A stretch of DNA of 64,000 nt, taken from positions 89,016 through 153,015 of the forward strand of contig CAXXMR010000014.1 in the NCBI GenBank assembly GCA_963663805.2, read 5' to 3'. This document shows, piece by piece, positions 52,644 to 64,000 of the stretch. How positions within the stretch are numbered: position 1 is the stretch's first letter; the number at the start of each line of letters is the position of its first letter. Below the pieces are notes generated by a model. The model was not told the DNA's origin. It searched no databases and was given only the letters and a program-made list of their open reading frames with translations. Position numbers and translations under genes: made by a program. The stretch comes from Sedimentisphaerales bacterium (GTDB lineage Bacteria; Planctomycetota; Phycisphaerae; Sedimentisphaerales; SM23-30).

Positions 52644-52735
52644 TACCAACGGCTCCTAAGTTTTGACATTTTCACTCTTTCCGGGTATGGTATCTCAAAA
52701 GAATTGCAGGTTATTTCGCCCGGAACCATCGCATT

Positions 52736-55151
52736 ATGAAAGACTTAGCCCAGGACCCTCTGCGTTTTGCCTCGCTGGTCGCCCATCAGTTGAAGGGGCC
52801 GGTCACGGGTGTTCAGGGGATTCTGCAAACCGTTCTCGGCGAATATGCCGGGCCTCTCACCAAAAAACAGCGTGAATTGCTGGAAAAAGCCGTTGTCCGT
52901 TGCCAGGAATCTATCACAGCAGCGCAGCGGCTGATGTCTATCACCAAGGCGCTGGACCATCCAACGGATTTTGACGGGGGGGCGGATTTTGCAACGATAT
53001 TTCGGCAGGTGGAAAATCGCTATCGCGAACCGGCACTATCCAAGCAGATTTCGCTGAATTTCAACATCCGCTGCGACCAGACCCAGGCCCGCGGCTTTGA
53101 ACCAGCCCTAACCGAAGTCGTCGAAGCCCTGGTCCATAACGCTCTGAAATACACACCCAATCACGGTCGAATTAATGTCGTACTGGAAGATGGTATCGAG
53201 GACGACAGCCTCCGTTTATCGGTGGGTGATTCCGGAATCGGCGTGGCTGAAGATGAACGCGCTAAACTGTTTCAACCTTTCTACAGAACTCTATCAGCTC
53301 AGCAGTCTTCCCGACCGGGAACCGGACTGGGGCTGGCATTTGTCAAGACCATCACCGAAGCTGCCGGGGGAATGGTAAGCGTAGGAAAATCCGAACTGGG
53401 CGGAGCAGAATTTGTAGTTACGCTAAACGCTGCCGAAGCGATTGCAAGCGAGCATGAAGGAGACGCAAAAATGCACAATGCATTCAAAGTCGTAATTGTA
53501 GGCGGAGTTACAGCCGGCCCCAAAGTCGCCGCAAAAGTGATGCGGCTTATGCCCAACGCCGAAGTAACGGTTATCGAAAAAGGCAAGCTCCTGTCGTATG
53601 CCGGCTGCGGCCTGCCGTTTTATGTCGCGGGGATTGTCCAGAATCAGAAACGCCTTATGTCGTCAGCCGTCGGCGAAGTACGCGACTCGGTCTTTTTCCA
53701 GAAAGTCAAAAACGTTACCACCCTCAACCAAACCGAAGCCTTCAAAATCGACCGTGAGCGCAAACAGGTCCTAATCCGTGAAAATCTCACCGGTCAGGAA
53801 TCTACCCTGAAATATGACAAACTGGTATTAGCCACCGGCGGCATGCCGATAATACCGGAGATCCCCGGCACAGAATTGCGTAATGTATTCAGCCTGCACG
53901 GTCCGGCTGACGCTGAAGGTGTCAAGGCGGCATTGGAAACGGGCCGAGCCCACGATGTGGTAATCATCGGCGGCGGACTTATCGGTATCGAAATGACTGA
54001 AGCTTTTTGCCATAAAGGTTGTCGGGTAACAATTCTGGAAAAGCGTGAGCAGATAATGCGGTTGCTGGACTGGGAAATGGCCCAACTGCTGGAACAGCAT
54101 CTGGAACGACACGGCGTGCGAGTACTTATCGATACCCAGGTGGAAAAACTTATCGGCGATGTCGATGTAAATTCTGTTCAGTGCAATCGGGGGGCTATAC
54201 CGGCAAGTATGGTAGTAATGGCGGTAGGGTCACGACCTAATGTGGAGCTGGCGAAGGACGCTGGTTTGGAAATCGGCGTGACCGGCGGTATTCATACTGA
54301 TGAATATATGCGGACCTCGGACGAGAACATCTACGCCGCAGGTGATTTGTGTTGAATCAGTCAATATTATCACCGGGGAAGCTCAATATACTCCTTTGGG
54401 CTCTACCGCTAATAAACAGGGACGCGTGGTAGCGGTCAACATCTGCGGTGGTCAGGAGAAATTCCCCGGCATACTGGGCAGTATCTCGTGTAAGGTTTTT
54501 GATTACGCGGTGGCTAAAACCGGACTGACTGAATACGATGCCCGCCAAAAAGGTTATGAGGTTGTTACTGTACTGGTCCCCGCTCCCGACAAAGAACACT
54601 TCGTCCCCGGTGCCCAAATGCTGATGCTGAAACTCGTGGTCGACGCTCAATCTCGACAACTTCTAGGCGCTCAGGCGGTCGGCCCCGGAGACGGAGACAA
54701 AAGAATCGACATTGCCGTAATGGCCATCGCCGGCAAGATGACGGTTGACCAGATAGCCAATATGGACCTCTGTTACTGTCCCAGTTTTTCGCCGGTCATG
54801 GACAATATCATTACCGCCGCCAATGTTGCTCGTAATAAACTGGACAGACAGATGACAGGGATTACCCCGATGGAGGTCAAACAGCGGCTGGACCAGAATA
54901 ATGATTTTGTTTTGCTGGATGTGCGCACTCCGCTGGAAGTTGAACAGGTTCGTCTGGCGAAGGCGGTGCATATCCCGCTGGGTGCTCTGCGTGAAAGACT
55001 TAGCGAACTAGATAAAAATAAAGAGATTGTCGCTTTCTGCAACTATTCTCTGCGTGGCTATGAGGCAGCTATCATTCTCAAGGCGGCGGGGTTTGAAAAT
55101 GTTTCGGTGATGGACGGCGGGCTGGAGATGTGGCCTTACGAGAAGCAATAG
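52736..55151 (+). CDS. Histidine kinase core in frame with CoA-disulfide reductase-like flavoprotein and rhodanese (one frameshift near 54347)
   Basis: AHQLKGP, HNALKY, DSGIG, GTGLGL; then IVGGVTAG, SYAGCGLP, GGGLIG; one T removed gives AAGDCVES; LDVRT...FCNYSLRG. Confidence 0.85.
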
Positions 55152-55302
55152 TGAAGGCAAGAGGCAGGAGTGAACGGCGACGAAGAATTTGGACTTAATG
55201 AACGGGCTGGACGGTTTTTTGGGAGGGAGAATCCCGGCGCTGGCGCTTTGGTTTTTTGTTGGGGGGTGGCGGGTCTAACCTCGACGGTGTCCCTGCGTCA
55301 CA

Positions 55303-55340
55303 AAAAAAAGGACACCTCCACGGATGCGGAAGTGTCCTTT
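55303..55340 (-). terminator. Intrinsic terminator of PEP-CTERM gene
   Basis: A-tract, ggacac-loop-gtgtcc. Confidence 0.7.
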
Positions 55341-55363
55341 AATCTTTACTTTACGATACTTGT

Positions 55364-55990
55364 TTATTTACGCCGTCTTACCAGGGCCAAAACGCCGGAG
55401 ATCAACAAGCCCATAGTGGCTGGCTCAGGAACGACCGGTGTGGCTGACGAGGTAAATGCGGCAGTCGCGGTGTAACCACCGCTAACCAGAACCTGATGGG
55501 TGAAGCTGAACGAGAACGATTCATCGTCCAGGTTGGCAGCTACACCAGCTTCGGTTCCAACGATAGCACCACTGAACTCAACACCGTTGGCAAAGAAGGC
55601 GAAAATATTATTACCGCCCAGGCCATTGGGGTTGACATAAGCACTGGTAAAATCAATCTGCAGCACCGGAGCGTCAACCATCGTGTCGGCGTTATCAGCA
55701 AAGAACATGATAGTTCCGCCACCGGTCGTACCGCCGGTCAAACCACCGGTATAAGTCAAAGCGGTCATGGTGAAAAAGGCATCGTTATATACATTGCCCA
55801 TATATTCCAGGTCCAGATTGGTCTGGCTATCGGACCAACCACCGGTTACCTGGTTATTCGGACCAACCGTAAACAAAGGGGTGGTCGAATCAAAGGCCGG
55901 GTCGGCAAAGGTGGCAATCAAGGTTGCCTGGCACAAGCCAGCGGTCAACATCAACGCCAAGACACTCAAAATCAAACTGCTACGCTTCAT
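55364..55990 (-). CDS. PEP-CTERM sorting-domain protein
   Basis: Signal peptide; VPEPATMGLL...RRRK. Confidence 0.92.
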   Translation of the reverse strand: MKRSSLILSVLALMLTAGLCQATLIATFADPAFDSTTPLFTVGPNNQVTGGWSDSQTNLDLEYMGNVYNDAFFTMTALTYTGGLTGGTTGGGTIMFFADNADTMVDAPVLQIDFTSAYVNPNGLGGNNIFAFFANGVEFSGAIVGTEAGVAANLDDESFSFSFTHQVLVSGGYTATAAFTSSATPVVPEPATMGLLISGVLALVRRRK

Positions 55991-56457
55991 AGTTTTCTCC
56001 AAAAACGCGGACACACCTTCCTCGGTATTTCTTTTTCACGGGACAAGTGCTTTGGGCTGGCCTCTCTCAAACCCGGTACAACTGATCCCATACTTCTTTC
56101 ACAGTATCTAATAATACCCGATATGGCCTGCCCAGTCAAGGGATATGCCCGGTTAAACATATGAAATTATTTAGGACAAAAACATAACCTGTTGTAAAAA
56201 TGGGTGTTATATTCCGAAAAAATTTGCAAAAATTCAAAAAAGGTGTGTGACAATATTTTCTGGCAGTAGAGAGCTGATTGGCAAGTATATGTGGTTGGTG
56301 GGCGTCTCCGGCCGCTTACGCGGCTCGGTTTCTGCTGGGGGAGGGGATATTGTTGCTTAAAAATGCTTTTTTCTTGCCGTCTGAGGCTGTTAGGGGTATT
56401 TTTGGCAGGTCTTACGTGATGGTAAATCGTATTCGCAGGTTAATTTAGGAATCGATA

Positions 56458-57885
56458 ATGAAAATTACCGGGTTGAAGTCTGGGCTGGGGGTAATTATGG
56501 CGGTTTCAGTACTGTCAGGGGTGGTTTTGGGCCAGGAAGTGTCGCAGCGGGAGAAAATACTCGATGAGCCCTTCCGGGTTAAGATGGATGAGCAGGTTCC
56601 TTCGGCTAAGCGAGCGGTTTTTGACTGGGGCGGTTGGCTGCGCAGCTCGGTGTGGTATGGTGATGACCATGGGGACCGGGATTTTGACGGGCGGGACGAT
56701 AGTCATAGGGTATTGTGGCGTCAGCAGTTGCGTGTCTGGGGGCAGGGCAGTATCGACCAGGTGCACCGTTTTTATGTTCGCGGTCGGCTGGATATGAGAG
56801 ACTGGAACAGCAACACCAGCTTCGACGGCAATGACAGCGACTGGGACGGCCCGAAATTAGACAGATTCTGGTATGATTTTCGGTGGTCGCGGGCTTGTAA
56901 TGTTTATGACTGGCAGGAAACGCCTTTTGATTTCAGTGCCCGGTTGGGCAGGCAGTATATGGTTATCGGAACCGGACTGGCGATGTCGCAGCCTCTGGAC
57001 GCAGCCCGGCTGGGCTTTGAATATCAGCAGTGGCAGGTAACCGGCTTGATAGGTCAGTCCACCGATGACGATTTCAATATTGACCAGTCGATGCCGGGCG
57101 CGGCTGAGGAAAGCCGGATATTCTGGGGTACTGAGGTTCGTTATCGGGGTTGGCGGAACCATGAGCCGTTTGCGTACTTTTTGAGTCAGGATGATAAGGA
57201 CGCAGGGAAAGTTCGGAACGGGCAGATGTATGGCTATGATTCATCCTATCTGGGGCTGGGTTCGCGGGGTCAGTTTTTCCACAGAGACTTACAGTACACT
57301 ACCGAACTGGCTTACGAACAGGGCAAAAGCTTCGCGTGGGGCGGGGGCAATAATCGTGAGGATATTCAGGCCTGGGCGGGTGATTTCGAGCTGCGTTATC
57401 TGGTTCCGGATAAGAGGCGTTCTCAGTTGTGGCTGGAATATCTAATTAGCAGTGGTGACGGCGACCGTTCTTTCAGCCCGACCAATACAATCGGGGGGAA
57501 TCAGGCTCATACCACCGATGACAGTTTTTCGGCTTGGGGGTATCGCAATACGGGGCTGGCGCTGGCACCGCGGTTGAGCAATCTGGGTATGGTTAAGCTG
57601 GGCGGCTCGACTTTTCCGGCTATGAATAGTCAACTACTGAAAGAATTGCAGGTCGGCAGTGATATTTTTGTATATCACAAGCAACAAAAAGAAACCGTGA
57701 TTTCGGATAGTCTTTCGGCTGACAACAGTGCTTATGTGGGTACGGGGATGGATATTTTCGCGGACTGGCGGATCCTGAGTGATGTGGCTTTTTCGGCGCG
57801 GTATGGTATTTTCTGGCCCGGTTCGGCGTATGTTGACAAGGGCAATCGTCATCAGTTCTTCACGGCGGTAACGGTAAACTTCTAA
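56458..57885 (+). CDS. Outer-membrane beta-barrel, alginate-export-like
   Basis: Signal peptide, alternating aromatic strands, RLGRQ, SGDGD, FWPG, terminal Phe. Confidence 0.75.
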   Translation: MKITGLKSGLGVIMAVSVLSGVVLGQEVSQREKILDEPFRVKMDEQVPSAKRAVFDWGGWLRSSVWYGDDHGDRDFDGRDDSHRVLWRQQLRVWGQGSIDQVHRFYVRGRLDMRDWNSNTSFDGNDSDWDGPKLDRFWYDFRWSRACNVYDWQETPFDFSARLGRQYMVIGTGLAMSQPLDAARLGFEYQQWQVTGLIGQSTDDDFNIDQSMPGAAEESRIFWGTEVRYRGWRNHEPFAYFLSQDDKDAGKVRNGQMYGYDSSYLGLGSRGQFFHRDLQYTTELAYEQGKSFAWGGGNNREDIQAWAGDFELRYLVPDKRRSQLWLEYLISSGDGDRSFSPTNTIGGNQAHTTDDSFSAWGYRNTGLALAPRLSNLGMVKLGGSTFPAMNSQLLKELQVGSDIFVYHKQQKETVISDSLSADNSAYVGTGMDIFADWRILSDVAFSARYGIFWPGSAYVDKGNRHQFFTAVTVNF

Positions 57886-57909
57886 TACATTTGATCAAGA
57901 GCATTTGAA

Positions 57910-58401
57910 ATGACCAGACTGATTAAAATTTTTCTTGTCGGGGTTCTGGCGGTGACATGTGTTTCGTGTCAGAGCCAAAAAGTAGACACTCAACCTCTCG
58001 TCACCGGCCAGGCGGCGGACGGGGCGGAACTGGCTTATCTGCTGGCTCAGAAGAAATGGTGCGCCAATGATGAGGCCTGCTCTTTTGTGCTGCACTGGAT
58101 AAACGGCAGCGACCAGGCGGCGAGTTTCGCGGAACGTATTGAAACATTGAAGGCGAAAGGGCTGATTAAATCCGGCTGGCATCTTGAGGCGGCTCAGCCG
58201 GTCAGCAAAGGGACGCTGGCTTATATGATATGTCAGGCGAAAGGAATCAAAGGCGGGCTGTGGCTGCGGATTCTGCCGGGTAAGCGTTATGCTTATCGCG
58301 AGGCGGTGGACAGAGAGATTATGCAGAAGGGTTCGGAATACGAACCTTTAACCGGGCCTGAAGTAGTGGGGATTATCGGCAGAGCGGCGCGAGATAACTA
58401 G
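57910..58401 (+). CDS. Hypothetical lipoprotein
   Basis: Lipobox-like Cys after a hydrophobic stretch; operonic. Confidence 0.75.
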   Translation: MTRLIKIFLVGVLAVTCVSCQSQKVDTQPLVTGQAADGAELAYLLAQKKWCANDEACSFVLHWINGSDQAASFAERIETLKAKGLIKSGWHLEAAQPVSKGTLAYMICQAKGIKGGLWLRILPGKRYAYREAVDREIMQKGSEYEPLTGPEVVGIIGRAARDN

Positions 58402-58452
58402 AGCCCGATAAGTGAAATTGTCTGTAAAAATGAAAACACACAGGAGTTTGTA

Positions 58453-59292
58453 ATGACTGCTGAGATCAATAAAGTATTAATAACGTTAATCGTCGCTTTG
58501 CTATTTTGCAGCGGAACGATTCAGGCCCAACAGAACGAAGCTATTCCCGCAAAAGCCCAAACAGAAGCGGCAGTCAAGCAGCCGGAACTGGCTCAGCTTG
58601 ATGCTCAGATAAGTAAGATAGTCGGCGGGAGCGTTCAGTATTCCAATGACGCAGGGAAGAACTGGGTCAAGGCGGAACTGGAGGCGAAACTCGGCAAAGA
58701 CTCTATTGTTCGTACTGGTTTCGCGAGCACGTGCGAAATCAGCTTCCGGGGTAATACTCTTATTCAGGTTGAGGCTCTTTCTTCGGTGCGTATCGCGGAA
58801 TATCTGGGCAATGAAAATGCTGAGAAGGTTGACGCATCTTTGCAATATGGCGCGGTTCGGTGCGGGGTTGAAAAAGGTAAAGTCAAGAGCGACACGAAAA
58901 TCAGTACGTCGGTAGCGGTGCTGGCAATTCGAGGCACGATTACTTTTGTGGAATATGACCGCGGTACGGGGGCATGTGAGTTGGCGGTGGTTGAAGATGG
59001 TCCGGCGGACGCTATTACCGGCGGGGGCAGTTACAGTCTGGCGGCGGGGATGTCGACCGATGCCAATCTGAGCCGTCATTTGCAGAACGCGATTTTCGGT
59101 CGGAGTGTTTTTGTCACGGGCAGCCGAAACCTGGGTGACGTTACCGATGTCGAGGCTGAAATCATCTCGCTGGTAACGGGCGGGGGCGAACTGGGCGACC
59201 TTAGCGGGGGCGAATCTGATGATTCTGGTTCGGATGACAATAATGACTGCGGCTGTCCGGACGGCGAGTGCGACCCTGGGCCCACGGACTGA
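58453..59292 (+). CDS. Exported FecR-domain protein
   Basis: Signal peptide; IVRTG...LQYGAV...TSVAVLAIRGT. Confidence 0.8.
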   Translation: MTAEINKVLITLIVALLFCSGTIQAQQNEAIPAKAQTEAAVKQPELAQLDAQISKIVGGSVQYSNDAGKNWVKAELEAKLGKDSIVRTGFASTCEISFRGNTLIQVEALSSVRIAEYLGNENAEKVDASLQYGAVRCGVEKGKVKSDTKISTSVAVLAIRGTITFVEYDRGTGACELAVVEDGPADAITGGGSYSLAAGMSTDANLSRHLQNAIFGRSVFVTGSRNLGDVTDVEAEIISLVTGGGELGDLSGGESDDSGSDDNNDCGCPDGECDPGPTD

Positions 59293-59614
59293 TTCCGGCG
59301 ATTTGGCTCTAACAAAAATAACCAGAAGCACTTATATCAAAATAGCCTCCTATCTTGCCGAACTTCCTGCTTTGCCCTTTCTACCCGTTTTAACAGGCGA
59401 GTCAGGCTGGTCCGATAATTAAATTTTCGTCATTTCTTTTCCGTTGAAAAAACGTCTGAAAGTTGCTTATTGATTGAATTCCGGCGGTATTTTTGGTATT
59501 ATGTGTTGTTCTATGTCCATACCGGGCCATAGTGAAAAGTGTCGAAAGTAATAGGCCGAAAAGAGTTTATGAGTCGGTCACTATTTTGCAGAATAGATAT
59601 CAGGAGAAAAAGGC

Positions 59615-62600
59615 ATGGTCCTGTCAGTGAAAAACATTTCAAAATTAGCACTAATTTTAATTCTGGCCCTGTTTATTACCACTCAGGCGGCAGTGCGTTT
59701 TGTCTCGCCCACCGGAAGTGACAATTTCGACGGATTGAGCAGAGACTTCCCTCTGGCCACTGTCCAGAAGGCAATTAACCTTTCCAGTGAGGCGGATGAG
59801 GTTGTGCTGCTGCCGGGTGAATATGTCGGCACCGGCAATAATAATATAAATTTCTCCGGCAAGGCTATTACTGTTCGCAGTGACAATCCTGAAAGCCCGG
59901 ATATTGTCGCCGGCACAATTATCGATTGCCAGAACTCCGCGCAAGCGTTTTTGCTGTATAGTGGTGAAGGTATCAACTCGGAAATTTACGGCCTGACAAT
60001 TATAAACGGATACAGCAGTGCCAACGGCGGTGCCATTGACGGTAATCCGCAAATGCCCGCTTCGCCCATGATTATTAACTGCGTTTTCTTTAATTGCAGT
60101 GCTTACAACAACGGTGGTGTTATCGCCAATGTGGCCGGCTCAATCAATTACTGCACATTCCAGAATAATCACGCCGAAGGACTGGGCGGGGCCATCTTCC
60201 ACCAATCCGATTCAGCTATCCCTAGTTTTTATCACTGTAAATTCATGTCTAATATCGCTTTTTCCGGCGGAGCGATTGCCGGCAGTGACACCGGAATAGT
60301 TCTCAACAATAACCTGATCATCAACAACAGTGCCTCTTATCGAGGCGGTGCGATATATTCTTACGATAGTGATATATATTCTTATAACAATACCATTGCC
60401 AATAACTCTGCCACTTCAGGCGGAGCCCTCTCGGCAGAGTCATACTATTATCCCATTTCCCTGAGTTTTACAAATGACATCATCTGGGGCAACACGGCGG
60501 AGTTTGGGCCGGCATTTGCATTGTTTGGTTTGCCGGTTTCAGTATCCGGTGAGCTGGTTGTAACTTATAGTGACATCGAGGGTGGGCGGAATATGGTTTA
60601 TTTTGATACTGTTCCCAACTCCGGTTATGAAATCGGCTGGAATACCGACAATAATATCAATACGCCTCCCCTGTTTGTGTCTACTGAAGATTATGAACTT
60701 CAGGAATATTCTCCCTGCAGAAACAGCGGTACAGATTCATCATTTCTATTACCATACGATTTGAATTTTCAACCCCGCCTGTCGGGTCCGTCTGTTGATA
60801 TGGGTGCCTATGAATATCAGGAAGCAGGCGTGGAGTATCCGGTTCCTTCTTATGTGTTGGCGGTTCGTCAGGACGCACCGGCGGGCGGGGACGGGACGAG
60901 TTGGGATACGGCATTTAATTCTTTGCAGGATGCTCTGGCTGCCGCTGACGCGGGCATAAGTGACATCTGGGTTGCCGCGGGCACTTACTATCCTGACCGG
61001 GGTAAGCTGGTAACGGCAGGTGACCGAACCGCGACCTTCCAACTGAGAGCAAACCTAAACATCCTGGGCGGTTTTATGGGCACGGAATCCGATGTTACAG
61101 AACGTAACTCGTCGGAAAATATTACTATCCTGAGCGGTGATTTGGGTCACAATGACGACCCCAACGGTACACCGGAGTCTTTCGCCTACGACCTAACACG
61201 TAACGATAACAGCTATCATGTGGTGACCGGAGGCGGCCCGTCTGCGGTCTTTGTATTTGTGGACAGTGTCACAATTGAGGGGGGGCCAGGCCAATGCCGC
61301 AGGTTACAATCAGGGCGGCGCGATTTATAATAATGACGGTGTTTTGCACCTTTATAACTGCACGGCACGGAATAATTACGCCGAGCAGGGAGGTGCCATC
61401 GCGAATCTGGACTGCAACAGCGTCGAGGAATCCAGTCAGGTCTTCATCTCTGGTTGCAACTTACATGACAACAGCGCTGAATATTATGGCGGCGCGGTTT
61501 ACAATTCCAACAGCCTTGTTGAATTTTACAACACGGCACTCTACAATAATTACAGCGCGGGCCAGGGCGGGGCTGTCTATAATATGCAGAGCAAATATAT
61601 AAACTTTTATTACTGCAAGTTCTCCGACAATAAATCTGAAGGCAATGCCGGGGCGGTTTATAACAACTCCTGTTCGCCATATTTCAGTGAATGTGACTTC
61701 ATTGGCAATTCCGCCTATAATGACGGCGGAGCCAGCTATCATCTCAGCAGCAACAGTATCTATCAGAACTGCCTCTTTTCCGGCAATTCGACTTATGCCG
61801 GCAGCGGAGGCGCTATTTACAATGACAAACACCCCGACCACCCGACAAGTTATCCTGTTTTTAGAAACTGTACTATCGCAGACAACTACGCGTCAATTAT
61901 GGGCGGCGCGATCAGCGAAAACGACGGTTCGGTTTCTACAATTACCAGCTGTATCATCTGGAACAATTCCGCCTATGATTATCCCATGCTGAACGGCACG
62001 TCGATAATCAACTATTCCTGTCTGCAAACCCCATATAGCGGGACAGGCAACATCTCTACGGACCCATTTTTCGCCCAAAACGCCGGTCTGAACGCATACG
62101 AAATTTTTGTGCCCGGCGATTATCATCTTCAGTCGCCGCATGGTCGCTGGAACGACCAGTATCAGGAATGGTATTATTTTGATACTCTTTATAGTCCTTG
62201 TATTGACGCGGGTGACCCTTGTGATTTGGGTTATGAAACGGAAGAGTTTTACAGCGGTTTGCGCATCAACATGGGTGCCTACGGCGGGACATATTATGCC
62301 AGTCATTCGGCTCCCGCGCCGACATATTACAATTTGACTACCGAAGTGACCGGCGGCGATGGTTATCTTGACCCGGACAGCGGCAGTTTTGAAGAAGGCA
62401 CGCTGGTGACTATCTACGCCCATCCCAACTATGATCTGGGGTGGCAAGTTGCGGCGTGGAACGGCGTGCCGTCCCACGAGGTCAGTCACACTGTTTATAT
62501 GAGCGAAGACCAGCACGTCACTGTCACCTTCGAACCGGTGGTCATCACAACTTACTTTGAGTTGTTTACAGAAATACTCGCCGGCGAGGGCAGGCTGACT

Positions 62601-64000
62601 CCTTCTTACGGAACTTATGAGGCGGGTACGGTTGTCAATATTCAGGCTATTCCCGAAAGCGGCTGGCAGGTTTCGGCGTGGAACGAAATGGCCTCAAGTA
62701 ATTCGACCTATCAGGTCATCATGGACAGTAATCAGGTTGTTAGTGTTAAGTTTGAATTGATTCCTTCGCCACCTCAGCCGGTCTATTACAGTCTGTCCAC
62801 CAATGTTCAGGGCCAGGGAAGCGTCTCGCCCGCAAACGGTACTTATGAATCTGGTGCTCAGTTTACGCTTACGGCTACTCCTGCTGAAGGGTGGCAGATC
62901 GCGGCGTGGAACGGCACGGCTTCTTCTGATACAACCTATGCGGTCACGATGAACAGTAATCGAACGGTTCAGGTTAGCTTCGAGGAAATACCTGTCCCCG
63001 AATATACGCTCACGACCTCCATCACGGGCGGCACGGGAAGCATTACGCCAGGCGGAACCTATGTCGAAGGTACGGTGGTGAATCTTAGCATTACACCCGA
63101 TGCGGCTTATAAGGTTCTGCAATGGTCCGGCAGTGACAACGCCCCAGCGGCGGGCAGTCTGACCGAGGTGGTAACTCTTAATAGTGACCGTAATGTTTCG
63201 GTACAACTGACGGCACGCACAGGGGCGGTTAGTGCTTCTATCATTCCCCAGCCGGCGGCACAATCGGGTGCCCGCTGGCAAGTCAACGGCAGCAGCGACC
63301 AGACCAGCGGTACGGCTGTCGATGGGTTGTCGATTCTGGGGAGCCACACGGTGACGTTCACGAATGTTCCCGGCTGGACTACTCCTGAGCCGGTCACAGT
63401 TACTGTCAACGAAGGCCAGACAACTTCGGTAAGTGGAACCTATATTCAAACCCTGCCAGCAGAACCAGAAACCGGCAGTCTGCGCTTTTTACTGACCAGT
63501 TATGATGTACCGCTGGACCCGGCGGCGGCGTGGAGCCTTGACGGTTCTGTCTGGCACAGCAGCGGACATACTACCAATAATCTCGAACCGGGCAGCTACA
63601 GCATACAGTTTGCCGATGTCATCGGCTGGACGTCGCCTCTGGAACAGAACGTTAATATTCAGGCGGCGCAGGACACCATCACTACAGCTCAGTATATTAA
63701 AGTTGTCGGCGCTCAGCAGCCTGAAGTTGGTTCTTTGACTGTTGAAGTGTTACCCGCCTCGGTTTCGGCGGCCTGGCGTATTGGAAACGGCAGTTGGCAG
63801 AGCAGTACGCAGACTATCAGTGACCTTGAAGCAGGGACGTACCAAATTGAGTTTGGCTCGGCTGGTGAGGACTGGATTAGTCCGGCGGCCATCGCGACTA
63901 CGATTTTCGCGGATACTAACACCACTGAAACAGCAACTTATATTTATATACCCGACATTGTCTATGTCTCGAACGAGGGCAGCGACCGCAATAGTGGTTC
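59615..64000 (+). CDS. Very large secreted beta-helix/Ig-like repeat protein (frameshift in G7 at 61279-61285; runs off window end)
   Basis: Signal peptide; GGAI repeats; SPCR...DMGAYE; after removing one G reads EGGQANAAGYNQGGAIY, with GWQVxAW repeats, to VYVSNEGSDRNSG at the end. Confidence 0.85.

Noticed and set aside
54353..54355. Selenocysteine TGA in the reductase
   Set aside because: The downstream homology is in another frame; removing one T restores GDCVES

Overview
Bacterial chromosomal window, most likely a planctomycete of the Phycisphaerae type (inferred from PEP-CTERM proteins, dockerin-tailed beta-helix proteins, a DUF1559-type prepilin and Tat-exported sulfatase/fucosidase). 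It holds housekeeping genes (pdxB, gpmI, glmS, rarA, a ParA/Soj ATPase, S41 and M42 peptidases, tRNA-Arg ACG), a cobalamin-riboswitch operon of surface proteins, a c-di-GMP/two-component-linked type IV pilus/T2SS-like cluster and three IS elements. Main points of interest: (1) an 80-aa bacterial histone-fold protein with a Lys-rich N-terminal tail, about 7 kb from an H1-like KKK(V/T)A-repeat protein; (2) an IS110/IS1111-type element whose 3' non-coding region folds into a bridge RNA with guides matching its own target and donor junctions, interrupted by an IS66; (3) a ~730-bp non-coding direct repeat bracketing that element; (4) a 26-bp motif shared by unrelated IS4 and IS66 ends; (5) a histidine kinase core in frame with a CoA-disulfide reductase-rhodanese. 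Many frameshifts lie in homopolymers and are probably assembly errors. All family calls come from motif recognition by eye; no database search was run.
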